Of a stretch of 64,000 nt of DNA, positions 19,652 through 29,764 are shown piece by piece. The position numbers were made by a program, and so were the translations under genes. Positions within the stretch are counted from its first letter, which is position 1, and every line of letters starts with the position of its first letter. Source of the DNA: Thermoprotei archaeon (GTDB lineage: Archaea > Thermoproteota > Thermoprotei > Thermoproteales > B15-G16); the NCBI GenBank assembly GCA_003649205.1, contig QMRC01000004.1, positions 32,001-96,000 on the forward strand, read 5' to 3'. The notes beneath the pieces were generated by a model. The model was given only the letters and a program-made list of their open reading frames with translations. It was not told the origin of the DNA and ran no database searches.

Positions 19652-21274
19652 CTATCTAGTGCTAGTGGAGATCTCCTTCAAATACTTCCTAACTCTCTCA
19701 GCAAGCAACCTAGGGTCTAGATCATGAACTTCGATATCCAACATACTAAGCTTCTTTGTTAGTGCATCACCTAAATACCTATGAGTTACCTTTCCAACAA
19801 CTAGTACCTTCCTATACCTCTGACAGAACTTACGTAGGTACCTAGCTAGTGTATCAATAGCTCTTTTGGTGTCAGGTGACACTATGGATACATAGCTCTC
19901 ATTTTGAGAGAGTGGATATACGTCATCTACCTCAAGCGGTATCGGTCCAAAGGGTGGGTAGAATACAAGTACATGTACTCTATTGAGAGCACCTACCCTA
20001 CTTAGTTCACTTAGTATCTTCCTAACTGAGGGATCTATGTGGAAGGGCTTCTTCTCTACGTCAGTTACTACGATGAGGACATCTCTAGCTGGTGGTTCGT
20101 AGAGGTTTAATACTCTATAGCGATGTCTCTCAACCTCTGGTCTAAAGTAGCTAGTTCCCTCGTAGAGAAAAATCCCTCTAATTTCCCCACCAGTTACTGG
20201 ATCTAATTCTTCAATGTACTTACGGTACTTACGCAACTTCTTCAACGCTCTATAGAGGCCGGGGTGTGACCTACATCGAACCTCTAGTAACTCCCACAAC
20301 CTACCCTCATATATTGCCTGCTTTATGCTATCTAGCTCGTACTTCAGTACGTAGAGATTGTGCTTTGCTAATTCTCTCTCCCTCTCATGTGAAGGTAGCT
20401 CCAGGAGGTCTTCTACTGTGTACTTCCTGCACACTGGACAATTACAGGGTAGTACCTTCAACTCACTTAACCTATACGTTCCATGAGGTGTCATGTACCT
20501 ACCATCACGTGCATAGAGTATGTAGGAAGCTGAGTCAAAGAGGTCGCAACCAAGAGCTACGGCTAGTGCTAACATGATTGGGTGCCCTGCACCGAAGAGG
20601 TGAACTGGTTTACTTAGAGGTACTTCGCTCTTGACAGTCACTATCATGTCGACAACCTTACTGAACTCGTACTCAGCTAGTAACCTTGTTGGACTACCTA
20701 CAGCATATATGTCGAAAGGTAGCTTACTCATCTTCCTAGCTGAGTACCTCAGTATATCTAGGTGAGTACCACCCTGTATGGGACCAACTAGTAGTGTGTC
20801 ACTACCAACACTACTCTTTACTGCTAGTGCTCTCATAGCTCTTCTAATTGTCTCCTCAACTTCTAACCAAACTGCTCTCCTACTGCTCTCTGGTCTCGTA
20901 GGTATATCGAGGATAACAGCTATGTCACTACCGATATCTAGCTGATACAGCAGTATCTGATCTGGTGAAACATCAATGTAACCGTACTCCATTAACTGAT
21001 ATGCACCTGAGTCAGTCATGATCACGACATCACTACTAGTACCGAGTATACTATCTAGCTTAAGCTCCTTACCTAGCTCACCGTACCTCCTCCATATGAT
21101 GTAGGCATTCGTTATTACGAACTTGAAACCAATTTCCTCAATTTCCTTAATGGAAATAGTTGATTTGAAGGGATTGACCACGGGTGCGAGTGCTGGAGTC
21201 TCCAGAGTACCCTTACGAGTTCTTAATCTACCTACTCTACCAGCTAAGTCCTTAGCTACTACCTCGAAGCTCAT
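19652..21274 (-). CDS. tgtA: Archaeosine tRNA-guanine(15) transglycosylase
   Basis: MTDSGAYQ, HLFGAGHP, DLFDSASY, CNCPVC zinc site. Confidence 0.93.
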   Translation of the reverse strand: MSFEVVAKDLAGRVGRLRTRKGTLETPALAPVVNPFKSTISIKEIEEIGFKFVITNAYIIWRRYGELGKELKLDSILGTSSDVVIMTDSGAYQLMEYGYIDVSPDQILLYQLDIGSDIAVILDIPTRPESSRRAVWLEVEETIRRAMRALAVKSSVGSDTLLVGPIQGGTHLDILRYSARKMSKLPFDIYAVGSPTRLLAEYEFSKVVDMIVTVKSEVPLSKPVHLFGAGHPIMLALAVALGCDLFDSASYILYARDGRYMTPHGTYRLSELKVLPCNCPVCRKYTVEDLLELPSHERERELAKHNLYVLKYELDSIKQAIYEGRLWELLEVRCRSHPGLYRALKKLRKYRKYIEELDPVTGGEIRGIFLYEGTSYFRPEVERHRYRVLNLYEPPARDVLIVVTDVEKKPFHIDPSVRKILSELSRVGALNRVHVLVFYPPFGPIPLEVDDVYPLSQNESYVSIVSPDTKRAIDTLARYLRKFCQRYRKVLVVGKVTHRYLGDALTKKLSMLDIEVHDLDPRLLAERVRKYLKEISTSTR

Positions 21275-21280
21275 GTAGCT

Positions 21281-21715
21281 TTACTTCGCTCTTCTCTCCC
21301 TCAAATATTCTTCAAATATCCTCCTCACTCTCTCAGCAACAGGACCTGTACCCTCAACACCCTTCTCAGTAACCTTTATCCTATCCATGATCACGATGAC
21401 TCTAGCATCCTCAATGTACTTAACCATCTGTGGGAAGTGCCTCTCCAGAATTGACGCTAGCTCTCTTAGGTCTATAATCTCCTCCTTCGTTGTTATCTCA
21501 ATAATTGCGTGACCATAGATGAAAACCCTCGTGTACTTCTCACCCTTATCATCAACAGCATCCGCTAGACATATGCTCTGTGAATTTGGGTCGTAACCAA
21601 ATAGCTTACCTTCGTACCTCTTACCAGCGCTGGTCACTACACTTACAGTCTTATCAAGTAGCGACATTATTTCCGACTGATACCTCCTAGCTGGTAGCAG
21701 TAATGAACCAGCCAC
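21281..21715 (-). CDS. Sm-like protein SmAP3
   Basis: Sm fold (YEGKLFGYD...SICLADA) plus C-terminal extension typical of crenarchaeal SmAP3. Confidence 0.8.
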   Translation of the reverse strand: MAGSLLLPARRYQSEIMSLLDKTVSVVTSAGKRYEGKLFGYDPNSQSICLADAVDDKGEKYTRVFIYGHAIIEITTKEEIIDLRELASILERHFPQMVKYIEDARVIVIMDRIKVTEKGVEGTGPVAERVRRIFEEYLRERRAK

Positions 21716-21792
21716 TTCTACCCCCCTACTCTATTGGGGGTAAAACGTTAATACGCTTTTACGAGCCTAGCCTATGCTAGAGGTAGGTATGT

Positions 21793-22158
21793 ATGGAGTT
21801 TGAGGTCACTGTGAAGAACATATCGGAAACACCAATTAAAGGTGTTGTTCTTATTGAGTGTGAGAGCAAGGATGGTAGGTTTTCAATATCGTTTGAGTAC
21901 CCAAGACACGTACTTGGTAAGTACGTAGACTTCAGTGTCGGTGATGAGCTACTACTTGCTCTGCATAAGGAGAAGACTAGTGAGCTAGATAAGTGGGATG
22001 TGTACATGCATGGTATGGTATACCACGTGAGGGATATAGGTGAGGGTCGTAAGGTGTTCTACATCTCGATATGGGGGTATCAAGTTAGGCTCTGTGCACC
22101 AGAGCAACTACTAAACCTCTACGATAAGGTGTATATCGGCATTAAGAAGCTTAAGTAG
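21793..22158 (+). CDS. rpo8: RNA polymerase subunit Rpo8 (RpoG)
   Basis: 121 aa OB-fold-like with YMHGMVY and ISIWGY (Rpb8-like). Confidence 0.75.
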   Translation: MEFEVTVKNISETPIKGVVLIECESKDGRFSISFEYPRHVLGKYVDFSVGDELLLALHKEKTSELDKWDVYMHGMVYHVRDIGEGRKVFYISIWGYQVRLCAPEQLLNLYDKVYIGIKKLK

Positions 22159-23197
22159 CTGTGAGGTACGGTAGTAACTCCGTAAGCAGTAACTTAGGTA
22201 GCCCCCTCTTCGATAGCTCAGTATTGAGTACATGATCCTCATTAACGAGTACTTCAGCAAATGGGTGAACTACGTGTACAACCACATTACACCCATTACA
22301 CTCAAAGGGAATACCGTGTAACCTCAGGAACCATGTACATCGCCTAACATCCTCTTCACAACTGAAATCAAGCTTTACCACTCTACTAGGTACCTCGTGT
22401 CTGCAGGTAGAACTCCTCTCCAAACCACGTAACAACAACAACGAGACATGGCTAGCAACCTCAATTACACCACCCCTATCATCACTCCCAATAGGTAACT
22501 CCACAGCAATCGTCGGTACATCCTCCAATGTGAAGTGCGTTAAGTAATCACTGGGGACCTTCACTAAATTAACCTCCTTCCTAAGCTCTATAGGTAGCTC
22601 AAGTACATCACATACATTACCGAGAAAACTCATGACATCGTTAAGGAACTCAACAACCCAATCACGACACCCCACTACACACCGAGCAGTAACACGAACA
22701 GCATCTACATGAGACGGAATCAAGAAGACAAGAGCTAGTGGTCTCAAGTCATTAACCACACGGTGAATGACTTGAGTCTCTAACTGAGTTAGGAACAAAA
22801 AGTCATGAACTAAATCAACACCAGCAGCATTCCTACTACAGTACTGTCTCTCACTAACCACATAACCCTCAGGATTAGCTACAGGAATTACAGCTATCTC
22901 ACCACAACCAAGTAAGTTACCCACAAAAAGAGGATACCTACTGTATACTGGATACCGAAGCAGGTACACCGCATAGAGTAAGGTAGCAACAGATAGGGCA
23001 TCACCAAAAATACCACCAACATAGACGACCTTCTCCCTACCTGAGCCAAGCCTAGCAAGTAAGATCTCCCTACCCAACCTAGTCCTTCCAACAACCTCAA
23101 GTCCATCTGAGAGAAATTGAAGAACATTGCTAACCAACTTCAGAGGTACATCACAGCTAAGGAGAACCCTACGAAGCACAGACCTCGAGAGGCTCAT
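22151..23197 (-). CDS. M14 carboxypeptidase-like protein, zinc motif degenerate
   Basis: VGRTRLGREI, IPVANPEG, RNAAGVDL; HxxE replaced by IFGDA. Confidence 0.6.
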   Translation of the reverse strand: MSLSRSVLRRVLLSCDVPLKLVSNVLQFLSDGLEVVGRTRLGREILLARLGSGREKVVYVGGIFGDALSVATLLYAVYLLRYPVYSRYPLFVGNLLGCGEIAVIPVANPEGYVVSERQYCSRNAAGVDLVHDFLFLTQLETQVIHRVVNDLRPLALVFLIPSHVDAVRVTARCVVGCRDWVVEFLNDVMSFLGNVCDVLELPIELRKEVNLVKVPSDYLTHFTLEDVPTIAVELPIGSDDRGGVIEVASHVSLLLLRGLERSSTCRHEVPSRVVKLDFSCEEDVRRCTWFLRLHGIPFECNGCNVVVHVVHPFAEVLVNEDHVLNTELSKRGLPKLLLTELLPYLTAT

Positions 23198-23246
23198 CAA
23201 ACACCGCCTTCCTCACCTATTCGGACGTGTCACCACCAATCATCGC
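23197..23246 (-). ncRNA. Box C/D sRNA candidate
   Basis: GCGATGA-ttggtggtgacacgt-CCGA-atag-GTGAGGA-aggcggtgt-TTGA; D guide complements 16S ACACCGCC over 8 nt. Confidence 0.5.
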
Positions 23247-23314
23247 CAATATATGGGGTGTACGATCCCCCTAAAATAGACACTGCACAATTAAGAGCGA
23301 AAACCTTAAATAAA

Positions 23315-23333
23315 TACCCCCCATAGGGGGGTA
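23315..23333. promoter_or_regulatory. Perfect palindrome TACCCCCC-ATA-GGGGGGTA just downstream of TATA box
   Basis: Follows AAAACCTTAAATAAA BRE/TATA, upstream of speD. Confidence 0.5.
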
Positions 23334-23362
23334 CGACAAGAATCCCGTCTCCTTGGGGAGGG

Positions 23363-23773
23363 ATGGCGGGGAAAGCTAAGATCAAAACTCATGTTCGAAC
23401 AGCAGCAAAAGTAGTTGGAAAGCACGTATACGGAAATCTATATGGTTGCAACCCCCTTCTCCTATCCGATGAAGAGTACCTGAAGAAGGTTGTTGTAGAG
23501 GCTGCAGTCATCGGGAACATGACTCTATTGAATGTAATCTCGTGGAAGTTCGGTGGTGGCGGAGGAGTCAGCGTAGTAGCTATAGTTGCTGAGAGCCACA
23601 TATCAATACACACCTGGCCAGAGTACTCATACGCTACAGTCGACGTATATACTTGCGGCGAGAAGTGCGATCCGGAAAGAGCCTTCCACTACATAGTTAG
23701 CTGCCTTCGACCAAAGAAATACACGTATCACTTCGTAGATAGGTCATTGAAACCTGAAGATGAAGAGTATTGA
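23363..23773 (+). CDS. speD: Pyruvoyl-dependent SAM (or arginine) decarboxylase proenzyme
   Basis: GKHVYGNLY, AESHISIHTWPE, DVYTCG. Confidence 0.88.
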   Translation: MAGKAKIKTHVRTAAKVVGKHVYGNLYGCNPLLLSDEEYLKKVVVEAAVIGNMTLLNVISWKFGGGGGVSVVAIVAESHISIHTWPEYSYATVDVYTCGEKCDPERAFHYIVSCLRPKKYTYHFVDRSLKPEDEEY

Positions 23774-23825
23774 CTTATAACCTATAACCTAACTACTTAG
23801 TATTTTTCCCCTCCTCACCTACTCA

Positions 23826-23874
23826 TCAGCATATGGGACTCACATCACCTCTCAGTGGATAGGCGCATCATCAC
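23826..23874 (-). ncRNA. Box C/D sRNA
   Basis: GTGATGA-tgcgcctatcca-CTGA-gag-GTGATGT-gagtcccatatg-CTGA; two 12-nt guides. Confidence 0.85.
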
Positions 23875-23999
23875 TAATACACACCAGAGGGGTAGTACCT
23901 AAATGCGTTCCTAATGTACTTAGGAGTAGCATCTCTTAGCAGTGATGTAGCCACTTAGTAGCGTCCACACGACCTATTATCTCACCTACTATGTTGCCA

Positions 24000-24998
24000 T
24001 TACTCTAGCAATCTGGCTACTAGCTCAGCAAAGGTATCTGGTGGACCCTTAACTAGGTACCATTCTGTTCGATCAAGCAATGACCTTAGTAGCTCATTCT
24101 GCCTTTCTTCTAGCTCCGTAACGTCTATGAATGGTCTATGGAAGAAGTATAGGAGTAACGGTGTGTCGTAGTGAGTTCTATGCATTTTAGCTGTTGTCAC
24201 TAACTTCCTCCACATAATAGTCTCATCCCTAACTCTTTCAACTCTCCTCATTTGACTAAGCTCCAGAAACACCAGCTTAGAAACCCTACATTCCTTAGCA
24301 AAATAGTGTTGAGGAAATATCACTTCTGGCGGCACTTCCTGACATGAGGACAGCAACTTCCCTAGTAGAAGCTTACTCAAGTACTTTCGTACCCTAAGTG
24401 ATAGACTAAGTCTAGAGGAGAATAATCCCTTCAGTACTTGAGTATGCTTGTAATGAATTGTCAATGGAATAGGGTATGAGAGTGCTCTAGCATTAGGCCC
24501 CAATACACACATGTCATCCGCTAAGAATAGTAGCTTCTTCTCAAGCACTAACCACAGTACTGTCAAGGTCTTTCCGGTATTAGGTGGTGCTAGTAGCATC
24601 ACTCCTTCATCTCCATGCGCGATACATCCTGCATGTACGAAGGTAAAACCTTTCTGAAGCAACTTAACCTCCAAAATCTCGAAGAGGAGCCTCAAAATCT
24701 TAGGCCTTAACTTCCTCACTACTCTATACCGAAGACTAGCTAGGTACACCCTAGCTCTACCCTCTAGATTCTCAACCATGAGTCCAGAACCTAGGAATCC
24801 TCTAGAGAGGACTACAGCCCCCTCGACTTCACTAGGTATTCGAGGTAGTCGAGATAGGGAGTGTATGCTGAGATCAGTACACTTCTCAGCACTAGCTCCA
24901 CTAGTAATGAAGTATGGCGGTAGCACCTTAGACAAAGTCTCTGGTGGATACTCACTACGTACTGTGAGTATGCTGTGTATGTCGTAGTAAACAGGCAT
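24000..24998 (-). CDS. HPr-kinase-related P-loop protein
   Basis: FVHAGC, APPNTGKT, FLADD. Confidence 0.6.
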   Translation of the reverse strand: MPVYYDIHSILTVRSEYPPETLSKVLPPYFITSGASAEKCTDLSIHSLSRLPRIPSEVEGAVVLSRGFLGSGLMVENLEGRARVYLASLRYRVVRKLRPKILRLLFEILEVKLLQKGFTFVHAGCIAHGDEGVMLLAPPNTGKTLTVLWLVLEKKLLFLADDMCVLGPNARALSYPIPLTIHYKHTQVLKGLFSSRLSLSLRVRKYLSKLLLGKLLSSCQEVPPEVIFPQHYFAKECRVSKLVFLELSQMRRVERVRDETIMWRKLVTTAKMHRTHYDTPLLLYFFHRPFIDVTELEERQNELLRSLLDRTEWYLVKGPPDTFAELVARLLE

Positions 24999-25411
24999 TC
25001 AGCCCCCCAAGTAATAACTACCCAAGGGTTAAAAGTGTAGTATGATAGCGCACTACCAACACGATACCCCACAGACCTTACGTTAACTAAAAAGTGGTCA
25101 ATTCCATTAAAGCAGGTAACAGTAAGGTAGAGCTATCAATGTGCTAGGATCTAAGTTCAAGAATCAACATCCATAGATCCTTAAGGTACTCTCATCAATC
25201 CCCTCGTATTCAACCACGTTGATCGCTCACTACAGCATGTAATCCTCCAACCTTAGTCACGTACTTAGTGAGCTTAACCACATAAGCCTCATCGAGGAAC
25301 TCAAGATTAATGAGGTTAGGACTCGAGTACACTCCTAGCAAAGCTAATGTATACACCATGCGTGGAACTACATAGGTACAGTAACGTAGGAGCGTTGTGG
25401 ATATGTTTGTG

Positions 25412-25488
<77 letters not shown>

Positions 25489-25555
25489 TTAACCTCGACA
25501 TTCACTCTCTATGTTGATTTTTTAAAGGTTTACTTCATAATTCATGTAACCTCTC

Positions 25556-26197
25556 CTACGTTATCTCCACTCCAAGAATTTCCTTAATTTGCTCCCGTTT
25601 TATTGGCCCTTCTCTGACTACTCTCGGTGGTTGTGTTGTGAGGTCTATGACTGTTGATGGTATTCCTCCAGGGCAGGGTCCTGCATCGATTACTACGTCT
25701 ACTTCCATCCCTATTTCTCTCATTGCTTCTTCTGCAGTTCTGGGTGCTGGGTGACCTGATATGTTTGCACTTGTACCGATGAGGTACCCTCCACAGTACT
25801 CGATCAGCTTGATTGTTAGCTCCATGTTTGGCTGTCTTACTCCTAGTGAGTTTCTACCTGCTGTCAAGGTACTTGGTACGTGTTCTCTCTTCCTGAGTAC
25901 TATCGTGAGTGGACCTGGCCAGAAAGCTCTCATTAGCTTCTCAGCTTCTGGTGTTACGTAGACTAGCTCTCTTGCTCTCTCTATGCTCGATACTAGTACT
26001 GGTAGTGGTTTCTGTTCTCTTCTCTTGACTGCGTATACTCTTCTTATTGCCTGTTCATTTAGTGGATCTGCACCCAGTCCATACACTGTATCTGTTGGGT
26101 ATATGATTAATCCACCTGACTTAACTACTTGAGCTACTTCCCTAAGTACTTCGTCACTCAGTATACCTGCAGCAACCTTAATTACTCGTGGTTTCAC
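25556..26197 (-). CDS. Threonylcarbamoyl-AMP synthase (TsaC/YrdC domain only)
   Basis: YPTDTVYGLG, KRR, FWPGPLT, GTSANISG. Confidence 0.92.
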   Translation of the reverse strand: MKPRVIKVAAGILSDEVLREVAQVVKSGGLIIYPTDTVYGLGADPLNEQAIRRVYAVKRREQKPLPVLVSSIERARELVYVTPEAEKLMRAFWPGPLTIVLRKREHVPSTLTAGRNSLGVRQPNMELTIKLIEYCGGYLIGTSANISGHPAPRTAEEAMREIGMEVDVVIDAGPCPGGIPSTVIDLTTQPPRVVREGPIKREQIKEILGVEIT

Positions 26198-26233
26198 GTG
26201 TAGTGATTCACGAGTGGTTTAGGTTTAAGTATT

Positions 26234-26284
26234 GTGATGATTCGGCGCTTAGCTGATTTCAGTGATGTGTCAATTCCGAGCTGA
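26234..26284 (+). ncRNA. Box C/D sRNA
   Basis: GTGATGA-ttcggcgcttag-CTGA-tttca-GTGATGT-gtcaattccgag-CTGA. Confidence 0.85.
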
Positions 26285-27169
26285 TCAAGGTATTAGGTGT
26301 GAGCCATCGCAGGTAGGTGCTTTGAAGTAGGTTTCTGATGTTAGTCCCTCTCTACACACAGCATAGGTAATTCCTCTGGCGCTAGCTACCTCAACTACAG
26401 GTTTTAGGAGTTTCTTCCTTAATTCAGGACTTAGGTACCAGTAACCGTGTATCCAGGAACCTCCCTCTACGTATAGTCTCTTCCATCTCTGTGCTAGGTC
26501 TGGGTATGCTTGACACATTCTAGCTAGGTTATCTGGTTTTGCCTTGTAGGTTGAGGTTACTACGTGTCTTGCACCTAGGTCAATTACTGTCTTCACTAAT
26601 TCACGTAGTTCATCTGGTTCATCGTTTAGGTACGGTATTATTGGATCTATCCTAACACCTACCGGTATACCTCGTTTCGCTAATTCCTCAATAGCATGTA
26701 GTCTCTCTCCTGGTGATGGCGCTCCTGGCTCTAGTACTCTAGCTAGGTTACTATCTAGTGTTGTCACGGTTATCATGACTGCCACTCTACCTCTAGCTAT
26801 TACCTCGAGATCTCTCGTGACTAAGCTACTCTTCGTCGTTATCAGTACCCTACACCCTGCATTGATCAGCATCCTAAGTACCTCTCTCGTTAATTTGTAT
26901 TCAAGTTCTTCAGGTGGGTAGGGATCGCTACTTGTTGAGAGATTTATGTGGTACTTCTTGTCTATGTACTTTAGGTCGTGTAGTAGGTTTCTCAGTAAGT
27001 TCTTCTTTGGTGTGCTTCTACCTCTCCCAATGTATGAGGTTGCGTAGCAGTATAGGCATTGGTGACTACAGCGTGTGTAGGGTTGTAGACTGTACTTAGG
27101 TGGGCAGGTACATAGTGGACTCTTCCATGGATCAAATACTCTAATAACTCTTAGATCTCTTGTCTTCAC
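26285..27169 (-). CDS. Radical SAM protein (SplB-related)
   Basis: CSHQCLYC, SSDPY, ITTKS, LEPGAPS. Confidence 0.85.
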   Translation of the reverse strand: MKTRDLRVIRVFDPWKSPLCTCPPKYSLQPYTRCSHQCLYCYATSYIGRGRSTPKKNLLRNLLHDLKYIDKKYHINLSTSSDPYPPEELEYKLTREVLRMLINAGCRVLITTKSSLVTRDLEVIARGRVAVMITVTTLDSNLARVLEPGAPSPGERLHAIEELAKRGIPVGVRIDPIIPYLNDEPDELRELVKTVIDLGARHVVTSTYKAKPDNLARMCQAYPDLAQRWKRLYVEGGSWIHGYWYLSPELRKKLLKPVVEVASARGITYAVCREGLTSETYFKAPTCDGSHLIP

Positions 27170-27870
27170 TTCCTCATGGACCTAAGTAGCTTCTCAGCTT
27201 CCTCTATGTCCTTAACCGTATCTATTGACTTCCACATGACGTTCCTGTACTTAACTGCTTTGAGTTTCTTCTCCTCAGCTAGCTTTGGGAATGCAGTTAC
27301 CTCTATATCGCCTCTAGCTGGTAGATACTCGAAGATCTCTGGCTTGAAGCAGTAGACACCAGCATTTATCCAGTAGTTCACTAGCTCTGGCTTCTCTCTG
27401 AATTTAATTATGAATCCCGCTTCATCTATGTCCAGTATACCGTATGGAGATCTAAGAGGTACTGCTGCTATAGCTCCTATAGCATCACTTTCCTTTATTG
27501 CTTCGACCAATAGTCTTGGATCGAGGTTTGTGATGATATCTCCGTTAAGTACTAGGAATGAATCTTCATTCTTCAGTAGGTGTTCTGCGTTCTTAAGTGC
27601 ACCACCTGTACCTAGAGGCTCTGGCTCAACTACGTAAGCTACCTTTATACCGTACTTCTCACCATTACCAATTTCCTCAATTATCTTCTCCTTAAGGTAC
27701 CCAACGCATAGTATTATACAGTTAATACCATAGCTCTTCAACCACTCAAACTGATGTACTAGAATGGGCTTACCACTTATTGGGATTAGTGGTTTTGGTC
27801 TCTCAAGGGTTAGAGGTCTCAATCTCTTTCCATAACCACCACAGAGTACAACAGCTTTCATTCGGATCAC
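27166..27870 (-). CDS. Sugar-phosphate nucleotidyltransferase
   Basis: GGYGKRLRPLT..PKPL, EPLGTGGA, NGD. Confidence 0.9.
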   Translation of the reverse strand: MIRMKAVVLCGGYGKRLRPLTLERPKPLIPISGKPILVHQFEWLKSYGINCIILCVGYLKEKIIEEIGNGEKYGIKVAYVVEPEPLGTGGALKNAEHLLKNEDSFLVLNGDIITNLDPRLLVEAIKESDAIGAIAAVPLRSPYGILDIDEAGFIIKFREKPELVNYWINAGVYCFKPEIFEYLPARGDIEVTAFPKLAEEKKLKAVKYRNVMWKSIDTVKDIEEAEKLLRSMRK

Positions 27871-27994
27871 CTCATGTTTTAAACTCCGTATTCTGTTAGG
27901 TACCTAATTCTGTTAGTTACCTGTCCAAGTAAATAAAGTTGGGTCATGTTTCATTGAGTGAGTACTCGATCACTACGTACCTACATCTACGTAC

Positions 27995-28375
27995 TCACTT
28001 ATCTTCCCTACATTGAAGGTACTTAACTACTTCACTAACTACAGCTTCTACACTACACCCCTGAATAACATTAATGCCTAGTCTAGTTAGTAGTTCTCTC
28101 GCCTCTTCCTCAACACTATTCGCAACAACTATATACTCACTTTCCGTATCCATTCTAGCTGCAAGTATGTTAAATACGTCACTAGAGCTAACACTATCTT
28201 TAAAGAGTAGAGCTATTATCCTACTACCTCTCCTACATATAGCTACATCACATATGAAGTCACTACCGGATAGTCCTCTAATAGGTGCTCTACACCTAAT
28301 TTCATACCCTAGAGGTTGTAGGTACTTCTTCAACTTCTCAATTAGCTCACGGAGTGCTGTGTTGTTGATTTTCAT
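27995..28375 (-). CDS. Small PD-(D/E)xK-fold-like hypothetical protein
   Basis: IRGLSG...CDVAI; coupled to KaiC-like gene by ATGA overlap. Confidence 0.55.
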   Translation of the reverse strand: MKINNTALRELIEKLKKYLQPLGYEIRCRAPIRGLSGSDFICDVAICRRGSRIIALLFKDSVSSSDVFNILAARMDTESEYIVVANSVEEEARELLTRLGINVIQGCSVEAVVSEVVKYLQCREDK

Positions 28376-29745
28376 ACCTCGAGCTTCCTCAAGTGTAGTT
28401 TTCTATCACTGAAATATAATAGATACTCAATGGGGTCGGACCACCTTAGCTTGTTCTTCAATACCATCAATGTTCTTACTAGTCCTCTCTTCACTTTTCT
28501 AAATCTCAACCATATGATGTTATCAGCTATTGCTGATACTGCTGGGTCCTTACCTGGTTTCTCATCTGTTGTAAATATCGTGGTTATTCCGTAGGCCTTC
28601 AGTATCTTACATAGGTCACGTATTGTGTGTACGTACAGTTCTCTACCTATTACTCTCCTTATGGATGATATACCGTCGAATATCACTAGGTCAGGTAGTG
28701 TATCTCTTCTAACGAACTTACTCACTATAGCACTTGGTGTTATGGACTTAGGATCTACGAACAGTATCTGTAGGTATGGTCTTAGCTTGTCTACTGGGTA
28801 CGATAGGGTTTCTAGTGTTTGCTGAAGTTGTTCAGTAGGTTCTTCAAAACTTATGTACAGTACCTTCTTTCCCCTCATTGCGTTTTCAGCAGCTATTATT
28901 AGTGATAGTAATGTCTTTCCTGTCCCTACATGTCCCTGAAGTAGTGTTACAGAGCCCCTGTAGAGTCCACCACCGAGGACTTCATCTAGCTCGCTTATGT
29001 ACGTTTTAAGCAATTCCCTATAATCTACGTTTGCTCTAACTTCAAGAGGTACTGGATTGAGTACAGTAAATCCTTCAGGTGGTCCAATTACGAATTGATA
29101 CACAACTTGCTCTACTGGTCTACCTCTCATCTTCCTAATCTCCAAGTACCTTACTGGTATTGTCCAAGCTTTACCTCTTCTCTGGTATAGTACTACTACG
29201 GCATCAACCATGAATTCCTCTATTCCAAGACCTATGACCTGTGCTCCATAGGGTAGCTCAGCTATTAGCAGTGTTACAGCACCTAAACCCTTCGATATCG
29301 TCTTAAGTACATTCCTTATCAGTGTTCTTGCTTTTGCCTCACCTAATTCCCTAATGAATGGTGTTATCGAATCTATGACAACTCTCTTCGCATTGAGAGA
29401 TACAACTGCTTTAACTAGTTTATCAGCTAGAACATCAATTGATTCAGTACCCAGTGGTGGTAGTAGCTCTATGTACTTAAACACTCTTCTCTCCTCTAGC
29501 TCTCTGAAGTCCATTCCTAGATCCTTCATGTACATGTAGAACTCTTCTCTTGGCTCATGGAGACTGATGTACACTCCTGGCTCACCAAATCTCTTCGCAC
29601 CTTCATACACGAACTTAGCTGCAAACGTAGTCTTTCCAGAACCTGGATTACCCGCTACGAGAACTACTGTTCCCGGTGTAAATCCTCCACCAATAGCTTC
29701 ATCAAATCCGGGAATTCCCGTTGGTACTTTCTCCATCTTTCCCAT
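28372..29745 (-). CDS. Two-domain KaiC-like ATPase
   Basis: GNPGSGKT and GHVGTGKT, VIDS, KMRG. Start moved to 29745 because the longer ORF runs into an sRNA. Confidence 0.88.
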   Translation of the reverse strand: MGKMEKVPTGIPGFDEAIGGGFTPGTVVLVAGNPGSGKTTFAAKFVYEGAKRFGEPGVYISLHEPREEFYMYMKDLGMDFRELEERRVFKYIELLPPLGTESIDVLADKLVKAVVSLNAKRVVIDSITPFIRELGEAKARTLIRNVLKTISKGLGAVTLLIAELPYGAQVIGLGIEEFMVDAVVVLYQRRGKAWTIPVRYLEIRKMRGRPVEQVVYQFVIGPPEGFTVLNPVPLEVRANVDYRELLKTYISELDEVLGGGLYRGSVTLLQGHVGTGKTLLSLIIAAENAMRGKKVLYISFEEPTEQLQQTLETLSYPVDKLRPYLQILFVDPKSITPSAIVSKFVRRDTLPDLVIFDGISSIRRVIGRELYVHTIRDLCKILKAYGITTIFTTDEKPGKDPAVSAIADNIIWLRFRKVKRGLVRTLMVLKNKLRWSDPIEYLLYFSDRKLHLRKLEV

Positions 29746-29764
29746 AGTCGATACCTCACATGCA

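Noticed and set aside
27891-27922. Direct repeat TTCTGTTAG(G/T)TACCT
   Set aside because: Only two copies with no spacer; not a CRISPR. No CRISPR array or cas gene was seen in the window.
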